Assembly (NCBI GenBank): GCA_002633005.1
Contig: NMRA01000188.1
Span: forward strand, 65,846 to 129,845
Reading direction: 5' to 3'
Source of the DNA: Phoronis australis
Lineage: Eukaryota; Animalia; Phoronida
Length of the DNA: 64,000 nt
Part shown: positions 13,525 through 26,440 of the stretch, in pieces
Position numbering within the stretch: position 1 is the stretch's first letter
Layout: the number at the start of each line of letters is the position of its first letter
Position numbers and translations under genes: made by a program
Notes under the pieces: model-generated
Database searches by the model: none
What the model was told of the DNA's origin: nothing
The model's input: the letters and a program-made list of their open reading frames with translations, nothing else

Positions 13525-13832
13525 GTTGATATTCTTCCCCTTCAGTCAGTTGATTATTCCATCAATAATTTTTTTAACCGTACGGCTATGCTCTTGTTTG
13601 TGTATCAAACCGTCAACGTTTAACTCATCAATTATTCCCAAAGACTTCAGCTTTTTACACCAAAAGCGGTTCACTTCGGTCTTGTGAAGTATCGCACAAA
13701 GTGATTTTAATCTCATTCTCTTTGCTTTAGCCCAGAACGAAGTTTGCACCTCCTCATCTGTAGTTACCAAACTCGACCTCCAACGCATAGAAGCGTTTTC
13801 TCAGCGAGTGGCCCAGATGGTATGAATTCCAT
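13525..13832 (-). pseudogene. Orphan, inactivated paralog of the first coding exon of the CARNS1-like gene
   Basis: Acceptor tttcag, then ATG MEFIPSGPLAEKTLLCVGGR, a 1-nt deletion, VTTDEEVQTSFWAKAKRMRLKSLC...WCKKLKSLGIIDELNVDGLIH, a TGG>TGA stop at 13546-13548, and a GTGAG donor at the same position as in the 41.6-kb exon. No downstream exons were found. Confidence 0.85.
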
Positions 13833-16800
13833 TGCTGAAATCCTACAAGAAACCAGTTTCTAGTTGTTGAAAGGAGGGAAGAGATTAGTGGACCTTCGGA
13901 GTTAGTGGGCTATGACTGCACTACATACACACCGTCAATGTTTTTCATTGGTAATTAATTTTTCAGCGACGTTCAGAATCACCATCTTCATGATGACATT
14001 TGAATAAACTCCATAACATTGACCACTGTCACCAATTTGAAAATCTTTTGCGTATCTCATAGAAAATCACTTCTTGCAAGCGCCTGTAGTTAAGAAATCT
14101 GCATCAGTTGTATGTAACACAAAACTACTCATCCAACACCCGCATTTTTGCCTGTTTCACCATTCACTGTCATCATTTTATTTACTTTACTAAACTGTAA
14201 TAATTCTGCACCATTCACGTTTAAATCACCCGGATCCTGAAGTGCTCCCTTACGGGTATCATGAATTATAGCATTCGGTAAAATTAAAAACTTCCCCGAC
14301 GCCAGACAAATATATCGCATCACTAACTCAATGAAATCCGGATTTGTATTAGTACCAATGTTAAATTCGCCGATATGGTGACATGATATGCTAAACAGAA
14401 CATAACCGATACAAGAAATTTATTCGTGTTACATGTACGTGTTACTAACTTGAAAATTTTTGTGGGATTACTCTGTTAGTTGGGCAAGTGATATGAAAAG
14501 AGTTTTTCATGAAATAGATGGCGGAATATATTTTAATAATTCTTATTTTTGTAACATCAGCAATGAGTGCTGAAGAAATCTCCTTGAAAGCTCAAAAATA
14601 TTTAGTGCAAGTCTATTATTATTAAGCCTAAACTTCGAAGTTACGTTATGTTTAAGCAAGTGTCTCCGCTGAAAATGACGTTACTTTTATCTTGTGTCCT
14701 TGAAAACGGTCATTATTAACGCAACTACGTCCGGGGATACTCTCGTTGCTCATGGAGACGGGGCAGTATAAGTACACACTTCTTGAAGAAACAATAATAT
14801 GTTCCTAGAGGAATAAAAGATCAGTGGAAGATGAAAGGCGTTTCATTTTTGTTTCATTTTTACATAACTCACTCATAAGACCTGACCTGTAGTCCAGAAT
14901 TCATCCATCATTCTAGGGTATGAAAACTTAAAATTCTATTTTAATTGGATTATATCCAAGACAAAGTAGAAAATATTTTTGATTAGGTTACACACGACTT
15001 CGTGTTTTCAATACCTCTGGTAATTTTCCATGAAAGTTTTATCGAGTTCTCTAAATGAGTTTACCCACTTTGAGGATATAATGTCCAAACTAGAAGAGTC
15101 GACAGCAGAGTTTAACTAGCAGTTGAGCGCTAAGTGTTAGTTACAACAAATGAAACAATTTGAGCAAATGAAGTATATTTTTGAGGGTTTCATTCAATAT
15201 TCGGGTGCATATTTTGCTGTAAAATGGGTAATGAGATACTGAACAATGCCCAAAGCGAATGTTCATGCTTTCCAGTTTGCCTTTTTCGAGAAAAGTACCA
15301 GTGTGGCACTGGCACACTTTTCTTGTGTACTTATAGCTGTGGTAACAAGAAGCAAATTTGGATGAGATGCCTCATATAAGTCGCACTGGATTTTTGTTAT
15401 CGACTGGTGGTTGTATGCCATTGTTCAGTAGACTAGAGTATTCGCACCGTTAGCAGGAAGTCCCGGATTCAGGCTCCGGACGAGAAAAAGATCAGACTTA
15501 ACTATATGTCACTTGACGTAACCAAAGCGTTTATGAAAACTAATAATTCTCTGTAATACCATATCAACTCGATGATTTATTGTAACGTATGTGATTTATT
15601 TCCTATTAGAATACATGTTGATAGCCCTCTTGATTTGTCGGTAGTCGCAAAGTCCTCTCAGGAGTTTGTCAGCTATCCGAAATACCTAGAGGTTGTACTG
15701 GATATTTAGATTTATCACCTGGAACTGTCATACATTTACGCAAAATTTCCCCCATATAATCGCACTTTTAAAATGATTTAATCCTAAAAGAAAGTTCATG
15801 AACCTCTATTTTTCGAATCTCTTGTATATAGCCATAGTTTTTATGATATGCTTGGAAAATTGCGATGCTGAGTGAGCCTTTTACAATAATGATTTCAGAA
15901 GCAGATTACAGAGACTGTAACGAGCAAATTCCTACAAGCAAATAGGTACACCAGTGAAGACTGGATACACTAAACTTTTGACTGACTCGGCTAACTGGGT
16001 GTTTATCTACATGTATGTACAGATGTCTCCATGGCATGGCACTTGAGTATTTTTGTGACAAAATTCAACAAGTAAATCAAGTACACAATTGACATACCAG
16101 ATCTAGTGCAAATGTCAGTATCGTGGTATGGGCCATAAGGCCAGAGCTCGGGGGTGTAGGCCTAATCTTCGTACTTGAGAAAACATTTTCCCACTTGGTA
16201 GTTCTGCATGAATGCAAAGTCTTTAGTAATGTGACTATTTTATGGACGCGGATGACTGTCTAATTATAATTTTTATTAGATGACTCCAGCATTAAAGCTA
16301 CAATTTCCGAGTCTTAACTTTTCAAATTCTCGAGTTTTACTTGAATTTGTAGCTCAGATTTAGGGATTATCCAGTGTGAACTTGGACTAGAAAATCATCC
16401 AATGCAAAAGCCATAAAGTACTAAAGCGACATAAAATAATCGTCACTCAGCTTCAGATCGTATTAAACTAGGAAGGAAAATGGCAAACATATAATTTCGA
16501 GTTCGATGTCCAGTAAAAAGATTAATCCCGGACACAGGACTAATTTGGACAAACTTTCATTCTTTTAATTTGGTGTCGTGTTGTGGACACACTTCGATTG
16601 ATTTGTTCATCTGCATTCCGCTCAGGGTGCGGGCTCGTTCGTCCGCAAGGAGGGTTTATCGTGGACCGTTTGGAGATACGCTCGTAATTACGACCGAGAA
16701 TTCGCTCGTGTTTTTCTACAGAGACTTCGCTCGTGTTTTACGACCGAAATCGTTCGCTCGTAATTACCGATTTTGGCTTGTGAACGCTTCACAGCATGTT

Positions 16801-17589
16801 CAAAATACGAGCATGAAACTACGAACGTAAAATTACGAGTGAAAAATACGAGAGTAAAATTACGAGCGCCCAGTTGCTTCAGAGCTCACGTGACCTACAG
16901 TCCAGTTTCTCATTGGATATATTGATTACTGTCGTACAACACGAAAGAAGTCTCGGTGGTAATTACGCGCGACACTTTCATCCGAAAGACCATCTATAAG
17001 GGTTATCTTCGCCACGGATGGCCACATTACGAGTACGCATTGTTTCATACAGTGTTACCGTTTCAGCTTTGCGTTTGACTTCAGTGAGACGAGCCTAGTG
17101 GAATGTGCCTGAGCATTGGGTTATTCCACTCATCGTCTGCACTTTTAAAATTTAATTAACAAACCGGGCACCAGCATCTTAATTAGCCTACGCTCATGAA
17201 ATGAGTTTACCGTTCGAAATGCAAGTGAATCCAGATGTATCATGGAATCCAGGTACCCGTGTACTGTTTAATTGTATGGTCCCTCACTTCGTTGATCCAA
17301 GTTTGGTGTTAACATTTTTATTTTGATATGTAATTCTATTTTTCTAGTGCCATGTTGTTAGTTAGATTTTGTTTTAACAAATCAAAGTGTCTGTGCCTAT
17401 TTAAAAATTACATCATACAGTCATTGAAATATTGCAAACTAACGAAAATTCGGTAATGACGGTACTAATTTGCATAAATAGCACATTTCGACATTTTCCA
17501 CTTGTTTAGGCCAATTTTCAGTCCTCCCCACCTAATTTTGTGCTTCACAAAAATGTAATTTAAATTCAAGTGTTGACACCCAGGTGAGC

Positions 17590-17860
17590 GCACGTGGGGG
17601 GAGAATTTCTTTCCGACAACTTGGAAGCAAGAGCGGCTTCGTTAACTCATTTCCTAACATTTCTCAACCAGCTACAATGACTGCTTCTTGCCGCTTCGGA
17701 CTACAACTGGCACTTACCATGACAACACCTGGAATTTTCTCAGACAGGCTTTTTGTTTGTGCATTGTGGAACAGATGTCTTGGTGTCAGTGATAACCGCT
17801 GTGTTCGTGGCAACATTCTTTCCCGACCACTTTAGCAATTTCGGATAATAAAAGCTGAAT
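17590..17860 (-). mobile_element. Possible RTE-like LINE 3' remnant
   Basis: Minus-strand fragments KSLSEKIPGVV...PKRQ and SWLRNVRK resemble the C-terminal SLSKTILQG..GRQRKSW segment of RTE ORFs. Very decayed. Confidence 0.3.
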
Positions 17861-19663
17861 CAGTCATTGAAAATTGAACTTTTTCATTGTTCAAACGGCA
17901 AAAATTCTTTAATTACAACAGAACAAATAGAAATTACGTGCCTTGCAACTCTTGTTTTTAATTTGATAAGCCCGCCATCTATTGAGTAACCTGTACAACA
18001 CGACGGAGTGACTGGACTCGTGTACACCACCGCTTATCAGTGACAAAAGAATGCTGAGGAGTTAAAATCGAGGAGAGCGTCGCACACATAGTGCCTTTGA
18101 ATTGGCAAGGGAAATGTACCAGACGATTTTTTAATATGATGTGTCACTCGCAACTGTTCGAAACGTGGACGAGCACGTTATCATCTGATTGTAATAAGTC
18201 CAATCAACCATTTCTTGAGACATAATCATTTGTCAGTTATTGTTGATATTTTTAGTAAGTTTAATGTAACTTTGTGCTAAAGTAATACCGATTTTAAAGT
18301 GCAACCACGAGACAGGGGCGCCTTCAATACTATTTCTGACGACTAGAAACCTTGGGTCCATTTACTACGTAAGCCAATACTGCGTGTATTATCTTACTCA
18401 TATGGAGTACATTTGGTTGCGTGAAAGTAGTTCACTTCTATCATTTTGCGCGGTAGACGGCGCTTTTGTAAACATGGTGGTTCGTGATTTCTGGTTCAGA
18501 CAGAAGGCCTATCGCGTTTTTGAATCAATGTAAATGTTACTGAACAACTGTTGTAAATGCCGACTCAGATCAATATCCGAACCGGGAATCTAACCTGGAC
18601 CAGCCATGTACGCCTGCACGGTGGTACTTGCTTAAAAAGTGAGTTAAAAGGGGTTAGAATTGAAGATGACTTGCATGGTGATTTTCGACACATCAGTCAC
18701 TGTGACTGTGCCGTGGCCGCTTGGACTTCGACTTCAGAGTTCAGTCTTATCACACCTAACTACTTTGGAAACAAGTCGGATATAATGTTCCCTGGTTTTG
18801 AGAATGACACTATCAATATGTTGTAATAACTTAAGTGCAGGTTCACTAGTTATACATCACGGAATCAGGCTGTTAGTGTTAGCCAGATGGAACTCACCAG
18901 TGACAGCAAATGTCTAGACTTGGCCAGGCGAATACATGTGTTGTTGGTCACTTTATACTAGGGAAAAATGGGAAACAACAACAGGACAAGGTCATGGTCA
19001 AAAAAGTTGATGAAAGTAACAACTGAATAACATTTCTGTTAATCAGTGGATTAGATAGTGACCACCGTCTCTAGTTGGCCCTAGTAGAGACAGTGAAGCT
19101 CCTCTGGGAGTTTCATACATTGATAGATTTTCGGTGACTCATGCCTCACACTGATTAAAACATGAAAGTCATGTTGTTTAAGTACCTCTTGTTCATAGAG
19201 GGACACCTTAGGTACCCATTGATGTCTTTAATTTCTTCCAACTCAAACAAATACTCCTGTAATGTAACTTTTTCTTCAATCAGTCCTTGGTTCAGTTGCC
19301 CAAATTGTCAACTGGCCAGTTTTACACTGCGCGCCCGCCTATTTTTATCGAGCCCGCCAGTGTGAGGCATAATTCGTCTTAAATCTTCCGGTGTATGTTG
19401 CTATCAGTGGATGAAACTTGTTATTCATGTCAGGGACCAATATATCCTAGCAGAGTCATATTTTGTAATTATGTAACTATAGAATTTCTGAAAATTTTTG
19501 ATTAAACATATTTACCAACTGCTGTACTAAAATTGATCAGCTTGGTTAAAATTTTACAGCCATAAGTCAACTCACTTGAACACAGATAATTCTAGGAGGC
19601 ATATCAGTCATGCTAGTAAAAATTGAAAGCCTTTAATTAATATTTACGCATATTTAAGTTCAG

Positions 19664-20777
19664 ATGGTGAACTGTAATACCCCACTGAAAAAGGCAAAGA
19701 CATGCCTATTATGTGACAAACTGTTATACTCTGACTCTCACGCACACAAAGTTAAAAGTGCTGCATTAAAGCAGAGGTACTTGGATTTTTTTAAACTCAT
19801 TTACATTCAATTCAACAATTATTTGCTGGATACTAGGCCTGTGTTTATCTGCAGCACATGCATTGCGTTTTGTTCAAAACTCACGCAGCTGCAGAAATCA
19901 GCAAGAATGGATGTCAGCATTTCATTGCTCAGTCTGAAGGTCGACAGAAACATGTACTAATTGATTCGCCATCTGTTTCTAAGAAGCCAACAGGGGCAAA
20001 GAGATTGTTAAATTTTGAGTCCGTGTTAGTTGACCATGGGTATTCAGTGTCTGAGGATTATCAACAATCCAACCCTTTCCTGTCAAACGTGTCTAAAGAC
20101 TCAACTGAGCAACTTGGTCGGATACTGTTGTTTAAAATCAGTACATCTTTGCAAGACTTCAGAAAAAAAGTGTGCTTAGACTTCCCCTGAGGGATCTGTA
20201 TGAAAAGCTGCTTCTTTGGAAAATTGTGAAAGAAGTGGAAAATCGTCCTTATTGGCTACCACTTCTGTGTGTCATTCACTTCATATTGCTGTGACTAATG
20301 ACTTCACTGTAGCCATAATGTATGGGATACATGTAGATGTTTGCCAAAAATCCTCATCATGCTGGCAATGGTGTATGTTTGAACATTTTTCTGATGGATC
20401 ACATTTATAGTTTATAATTGTTTTTAACATATATTTTAGCAAAGGTGACATTGTTGATGATAGCAATTAGATCGATGATATATTACATTAAACATTATCC
20501 AGATTGAGATAGCCTCCTAAATTCAGAACACAGAAATCACGGCTGAAATTTATTTTTTCATCCTGAAATTTGAGGCGTGATTTGTATATTTTCGTACTTT
20601 TCAAATTCCTAACGCTATGTTGTATCATAACTGGTTGCAAGAATACTCCTGTAACTTCATAAAAAGTGACTCTCATGACAAACATTTAATAAATTGTTAC
20701 CATTCCCCTTGAATTTCTGACAGACAGTTGTGTGAATTTCTAAAAATTGGGACAAGCTCCGACTTTGTCCCAGACTA
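19664..20777 (+). mobile_element. Internally deleted DNA transposon remnant with N-terminal CxxC...CxxC zinc finger (Academ/Chapaev-like)
   Basis: ORF 19664-19960 contains CLLC...RPVFICSTC. A Cys-rich decayed segment lies near 20290-20345 and a possible terminus ...CCCAGACTA at 20777. Confidence 0.35.
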
Positions 20778-21132
20778 GAGAATTTTTGCATAATTAATTT
20801 TTGAAATTCAGCATGTAGTTAACTGTAAAACTGATGGATGACTGTTCTTGTTTATTAGAGGATCTGCTTTAAGAAAAAATGTTGTAAAAGTGATGACAAT
20901 TTATTGTATACTTTTTGATCTTTTGTGATGGCGTGGTAGTTTACACCATCTTTAAAAATGTCAATGACGAAAGGTAGAAATCATAAGTGACAACAGATAT
21001 AAATAGTCCATTTCAGTTAATGACCCTGAAGCAGATAATACTGGCAGTACCCGTGTGGTTAAAGAGTCATGACATAATGCTTTCGATTTAAAAATGGTGA
21101 GGGACTTTCTGATATGAGTGTTTTTTCACAAG

Positions 21133-21134
<2 letters not shown>

Positions 21135-21187
<53 letters not shown>
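21135..21187. repeat. (GT)n microsatellite
   Basis: Uninterrupted GT dinucleotide run of about 26 units. Confidence 0.98.
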
Positions 21188-21190
<3 letters not shown>

Positions 21191-22636
21191 AGAAAGCGGG
21201 TATAACGTTTTTTCGACTTCCTCGAGAGTCTGAAATGCTTAGGAAAATGCTCGCGGTAGTGAAGAATGAAAGGTAGGCTGTTAATAGCAAGTAGGAGGCC
21301 GTAAATTATCTCCGTGTCTGTGGCCGGCATTTTGTCGACACTGATTTCTCTGACGAATTCCGGCTTACAAAAGAACTATCCATACGTTCCGTTGCCTGTG
21401 TATGTTCACGGCGCTTCTTTAGTATTTCTTGATCAGTATGTTCCGGTTCGAACTGATAGCCTGTGAAACCTATCGATCCGACCCGTGAAATCTTCGTCAC
21501 CTGAGCTCTTGACTAAGTCAAGATTGGCGCTGGACGAGTTGCCGCCAATAGTAGACGTTTACTATTCTGCGTTCTGTTTCAAAATGAATTATTCTCAACC
21601 TAACCAATGCTTACATGAAACTGAAACAAAGTCTGCCTCATTAGATACAATTTGTAATGCCTTGGAGTGCTCGTGAGTGCAAATGTTTTGAGAAGCCAGC
21701 AATGAATAAACCACTGCGTCACCGGCTTTTGATGCCGGCAACAAAGGTAATTGACCGGGCACCGAGGCCGTGTGAGCGCATTCTAATTCAGTGTTTGCTG
21801 ACAGAAAGCTGTTGTCAAACAATTACTCGATTTTATATGTTATGGTCACATGTTAGGGGAATCTTTATTTAGAAATACAAATACATTATTGAAATCATTG
21901 TTACTGTACACCTTTGCCCTGACGGTCTGTGGAAGGGGAACCCCGACAAGTAAGTAGATTTTCAGTTTCGTGGCTAACTCACATAAATAATTACGTGCAG
22001 ATTATTTCTATGGCTCACTGTAATAGTCTTTTCGTGACTGGAGGCTTAGTTTCCAACTCAAGCTGGCTTATGTTCGTGCCAGTCCCGGCGGCCGCGACGG
22101 GCCTGATCGGGTTCCGAGCCACTGGCCGGGATAACAAGCGTTTTGTGTGTATAGAACTCAAAAGATCACAAGTATAACAACACAGATCTAGGTTCTCCTG
22201 TCTGCAATGTGTATTTCACGGAAGAATACTTCGAATTTATCTTCGAACAGACCCCAAACTCCTCAGTGTTACAGACCTTGATAGATTGGCCTGCCGAACT
22301 TTGAACGCTACGTTGTGTCCAAATACCAGTAAATCCGTAACAGCGAAATAAAACAACACGTTTTTATAAGTACTCTTAGTATTTTTAAGGGTTTTACATC
22401 GAAGGTTGATGATTTATTGGTGTTAAACGATGAATTCAAGCGATAAGCTTACATCAGTAACCAGTGTTGTGAACTGCTGAACAGACTGCGTGTGAAACCA
22501 ATTACGTCATTGGATAATTTCAACCCCTTCGTCTGCCATCAGGTGTCAGTTAACGCAACCGAACTTGCCGTTGTCGAGTAGAACTACTCGATCTAAATTG
22601 ATACAAAATAGGTTGTTTTTTGGGTGGCATTCTCCT
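21188..22636 (+). mobile_element. Non-autonomous Kolobok-type THAP element, 5'-truncated
   Basis: Decayed THAP domain (KKAGITFFRLP...LRVCGRHF with stops). Ends in GGGTGGCATTCTCCT followed by TTAA (22637-22640). Homologous, in inverse orientation, to 48975-50201. Confidence 0.8.
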
Positions 22637-25098
22637 TTAAAGTCAAATTATCTGTACGATTCTATAGATTTCCGGATCAAAATCAGTGAAGATTCATCGC
22701 TATTTCTATTCTGTCGTCTGATAAATTTCGCCAAATGAAAAGTAGGTCACAACTGGCGGGACTCCCGGGGTAAAGTAGGTCATAGATTACAGGCAACACA
22801 TGTACTATAGTCTCTGAGTAGGTAGAATCGATAGCATTGTTTACGCTTTTCGTATCTTGTAACGAAATACTTTAATTAAAAAAACTCAGGTTCATAGCTC
22901 AGGTACACACTCACCTCGTCCTATACAAACAGTTAGCTCCGGTAGGTCTAGAGCTGTGTCATTTAAATTAAGCCTATCTTCTGATGAACTTCGCATTTTT
23001 TGTAGTTGAATAAAGGTAGCTTTCATTTACTTTTGAACGTAACATAATCACTAATCTGTGGTATGGTTACAAAAGATTCATTATCAGCAATATTGAAACC
23101 GTAAACTGCGGATGCGCGAAAATCACTCAGTTAGCCCCCTTCAGGATACATGGGTTTTGCAGAAAATACAGCGTGAGGGTCTTATTTATGAATCAATCAC
23201 ATTTGCCGATAGCACATAACATAGATAAGTATTTTGTTGAAAACGTGGCCAAGTTTCAGCAAAATTGGAAAAAAAATATGTTTAACATGGTATGGCTAAA
23301 GTTTTGGCTTATTTTGTCGCTTCGATCAGTGGAATCGCCGCTAAAAACCCGAAAGTGCATGTGAGAAAACGATAATTTTCGACCAAGCCTTTCATGTGCA
23401 GTTAGTTGCCGATAGACCCAACAGATGTCAGTATAATCAAGATTGAAATGTAGGAGTTTGAAGAAAATTAGACAAAATTTTGTATTTAACATGGGGTGGC
23501 CGAAAATTGCCAATTTTGGCCTTTTGATATCAGTTTATCATCATAGACTATCATTAGTGGGTCTAGTTAATTCGAAGTTTTTGGTTAAATCACTGATTAA
23601 TATTCACACCAGTATACTAATAAACGTTTTTCTCTATATATAACAGTTTGATTCCAATGCTTTAAGTAGTGCTTATAACAAGGATTGGCCCTTGACCGGC
23701 CCGGCCCATATTATGGGAGCTAAAATTCAGCTCTAAACCGAAGTATCTATGTGCGGAAAACTCACCTGAGGTGTTTACGATCCACTTCAGAGGAAAAAAA
23801 CTCGTTGTACCTAACAATAATTTGTTTCCGAGTACTTCGGGCATGGTTTAAAATTGAAAGGGGTCATTAGAAGTTGAATTCATGAGAATTGTATTGTTGC
23901 ATTGCGAACTGAAAACTACTAGTCGATTGAGGTAGTGCGAGATAAGGCAACGAGTAAGGACAGCTTAATAGATTTGCTTACGAGTGGTGACTCATGATAT
24001 TGGCCAGACATCTGTAATGATATGTTTTGTCTTTCCTTTTCAACGGAATATATTTGAACTTTGGTAATTTTGGGCTACAAAATATAGAACAACCTTCCTG
24101 GTGCTTCTCTCCAGCAGACATGCAAGCGGAGAGTGAAGCCCTAACTGGTCCATAAGCGATGACCTAGTTTACGCAGAGAACCTGGCGGATGACCTAGTTT
24201 ACGAATTGCTGGTAATGTGCAAGTCTGGTGTTGTGGCAAAAATAGGGTATTTACAAAAATAACTCAAATTCTTTCTTAAAGCTTCATAAATCTATACATC
24301 ATGTTTAAACAACTTCAAAATGCTCTCTCTCTCTAACTCTACAGGTGTAGCGTATACTAAAGGTCCACATCAAAAAGTAATTCAACTGTTTACTTTTTCG
24401 TGACAACAGCTCGAACAAGGCTTTGAGTTTAGTAATCCAGTGCCCCTCCCTGTGCCGATCCAATCTCTAAATTTTGGCCGGCAGATAAGTTGAACGCCAC
24501 CCTCAGGGTATATGAATAACAAAAATATACCTCAGATACGAAACAAAATGATATCCATTAGGTCGAAATAAAAGAATAAATAAATTAATTAAAAATGCCC
24601 TTGAAAACAATCTACGGGGACAACCGCTAGACTAGGGCTGAGATCTAGCAGGAAGTGCCGAGACAAAGGCGGCCAGACGTAGCCTTCGAGTAATCAAGCA
24701 ACATTGCTAAGTTCATCTGCTCGTGTGGCCGTCCACACAGTTTGATCTATAGTTTACGCCTTTTGACATCACTTTTCGGCTTAGGAGATGCCAAAAAATG
24801 ACGGGATATTATTGTGGAGCAGCATAACAGCGGAATTTACACACGCCATATCAGCACCGTTTCACCATTCTTAGCGCACAATTTCTTGAGCTATAGACTA
24901 AAGTAAGTTTTACTTGGCGGCTTGGAAACGCAGACGAAGGCGTGTCAAGAATGCTGCTTTCTGATTGGAAGTCACGTCGTCAGTCATAATCCTGGCGATA
25001 AAAGTGAGTAGTTCTTCTGGGAAGTGTCAAGTGGCCCTAAAAGGGCCGTTGGTTGTACTGTGCATGAGCCTTAGGTATAGCGTGAAATAGTTCTTAAA

Positions 25099-25198
25099 AG
25101 AACCGTTGAATAATTCAACATAAATCACACAATATGCTGTGCTCACTCTAGAACCGTTGAATAATTCAACATAAATCACACAATATCTGTGCTCTCTC
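25099..25198. repeat. Tandem duplication, 2 x ~51 bp
   Basis: AGAACCGTTGAATAATTCAACATAAATCACACAATAT... starts at both 25099 and 25150. Confidence 0.9.
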
Positions 25199-25199
25199 A

Positions 25200-25560
25200 A
25201 GTATTGAAGATCCTCTTCATTCAAGTTTTCATCGGGAAGATTGGATGGATACTGAGAAGATGACAATATCGATGACAGTTGGAACACCTTAAATACAGGT
25301 GTAGATGTTACCGTTCACCAACGTTATCATGAACCCTGCCTCGTTCAGTTATTGTTCCTGCATCAACAAGTAATCCTGAACCGCAGGGAAAAAAGACATA
25401 CAACAAAACGAATCAAATTTCGAACATCATTCTCTTCGCACGATTCCGTGTTGCTGTCGCCACACCAATGTACTTCCCCAACATCCATGTCGAAAATCTA
25501 CGTTGCAAGTGATGAAAACTTGTGTCTTTTGTTTCTAACTTTAGCCCATTTTCTAAGAAA
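25200..25560 (-). mobile_element. Possible decayed LINE apurinic-endonuclease fragment
   Basis: Minus-strand remnants VFITCNVDFRHGCWG and LVNGNIYTCI.GVPTVIDIVIFS resemble the GDFNA.H..WG and T....S.ID motifs. Confidence 0.35.
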
Positions 25561-26224
25561 GGGGTGTACTGATTTTGTTTAATCTTGATACTTGAGCATA
25601 ACTTTTGATTTTTACAATTCATTAATCGTGTTGAAAGCATTGATATTAAGTTGCCTCATTGAGTTGAACAGAAAATAAATTAAATGTAACACAATAAAGT
25701 TTTGAAAATAAATAGAGCAGCACCAACCAAGCTTGTTTTCGAAAACTTTGTGCCATTAATGATCTGATTGGTTCATGCACTTACGGCGGGAAAATGATAG
25801 ACCAAGTATTGTGCTAGTGTGCACTTCAGCAACAACTTTGTATCTTATTCTTATTTGGCCAATCTGTTGATACAGTAAATTTCCTTATTTATGCCCATCA
25901 TGATTTGACCGCAACTTGAGCTTGTTGGGTTCTACCATATTGGGGTTGGCATAGGGACCCACATGGTGCTTACACGAAAGGGCTTTACTTTACCGGCTAT
26001 TTCAAACTGCGTAGGTGAAGTAAATAAACAAAGTGGATGATTATCATCACCGCAATTTCATCATTAGTGTCTTTTGCCGGGTGCTCAAATGATTTTCAGA
26101 GACTAGGGATTGTCACATTTGTAAGGTAGAAGGGTTTCGCTGGACTTCCAGGTCTGTGGTGTAATTTATACCGGACCAAACTTAAAAAAGAGGCCCTTCT
26201 TTAAATCAGGAGCTGCATAAAAAA

Positions 26225-26440
26225 TAATTGCAGGCGGACTGATGCACGTTGTACCAGACGTGCGCAGGCAGTGCATGTGGACCCATTTCACTGATCACTT
26301 GGAACCCTTTTTATGCTTATATAGTTAAAACTAAGCTGAGGACCTTGTAACCTGACTAACGGGTTTAGCAGTGTGACCCAGTGGGATTCGAACCCACGAC
26401 CTCGAGAAAAGAAAGCAGGCACCCCGCCTCCTCCAGGAGC
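26225..26440 (-). mobile_element. tRNA-derived SINE
   Basis: Minus-strand B-box GGTTCGAATCCC followed by a body (CACACTGCTA...CAGCTTAGTTTTAACTATATAA...) shared with the plus-strand copy at about 61365-61570. No full cloverleaf. Confidence 0.7.

Larger units (their letters stand above)
260..14460 (+). repeat. Segmental duplication, copy 1 (direct repeat of about 43120-63640)
   Basis: Collinear homologous blocks read by eye: 260-570/43120-43490, 1760-2400/43510-44175, 2490-2575/48865-48955, 2600-3504/50205-51148, 7050-8940/51145-53000, 8960-9560/57205-57853, 9570-10010/58285-58720, 11985-12730/60690-61135, 13740-13870/61141-61255, 13890-14460/63085-63640. Confidence 0.92.

Noticed and set aside
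13546-13548. In-frame TGA as selenocysteine or readthrough
   Set aside because: It aligns to a Trp (TGG) codon in the paralog and the same exon also has a frameshift, so it is an ordinary nonsense mutation.
13960-14460. Upstream coding exon of the CARNS1-like paralogs (conserved with 63190-63640)
   Set aside because: No frame is open in both copies. The remnant DGDSECRPNIIYKWKKDFESVY looks more like a LINE ORF2 linker carried along in the duplication.
14890-16389. TAGTCC-ended non-autonomous element
   Set aside because: Terminal similarity is short and no target-site duplication is evident.
18840-19310. YqaJ-like nuclease remnant on the minus strand
   Set aside because: The resemblance is limited to GLIEEKVTLQEY and no catalytic motifs are recognisable.
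26370-26440. tRNA gene
   Set aside because: Only a B-box/T-arm is recognisable. There is no acceptor stem, and it runs into a body shared with another dispersed copy, so it is a SINE.
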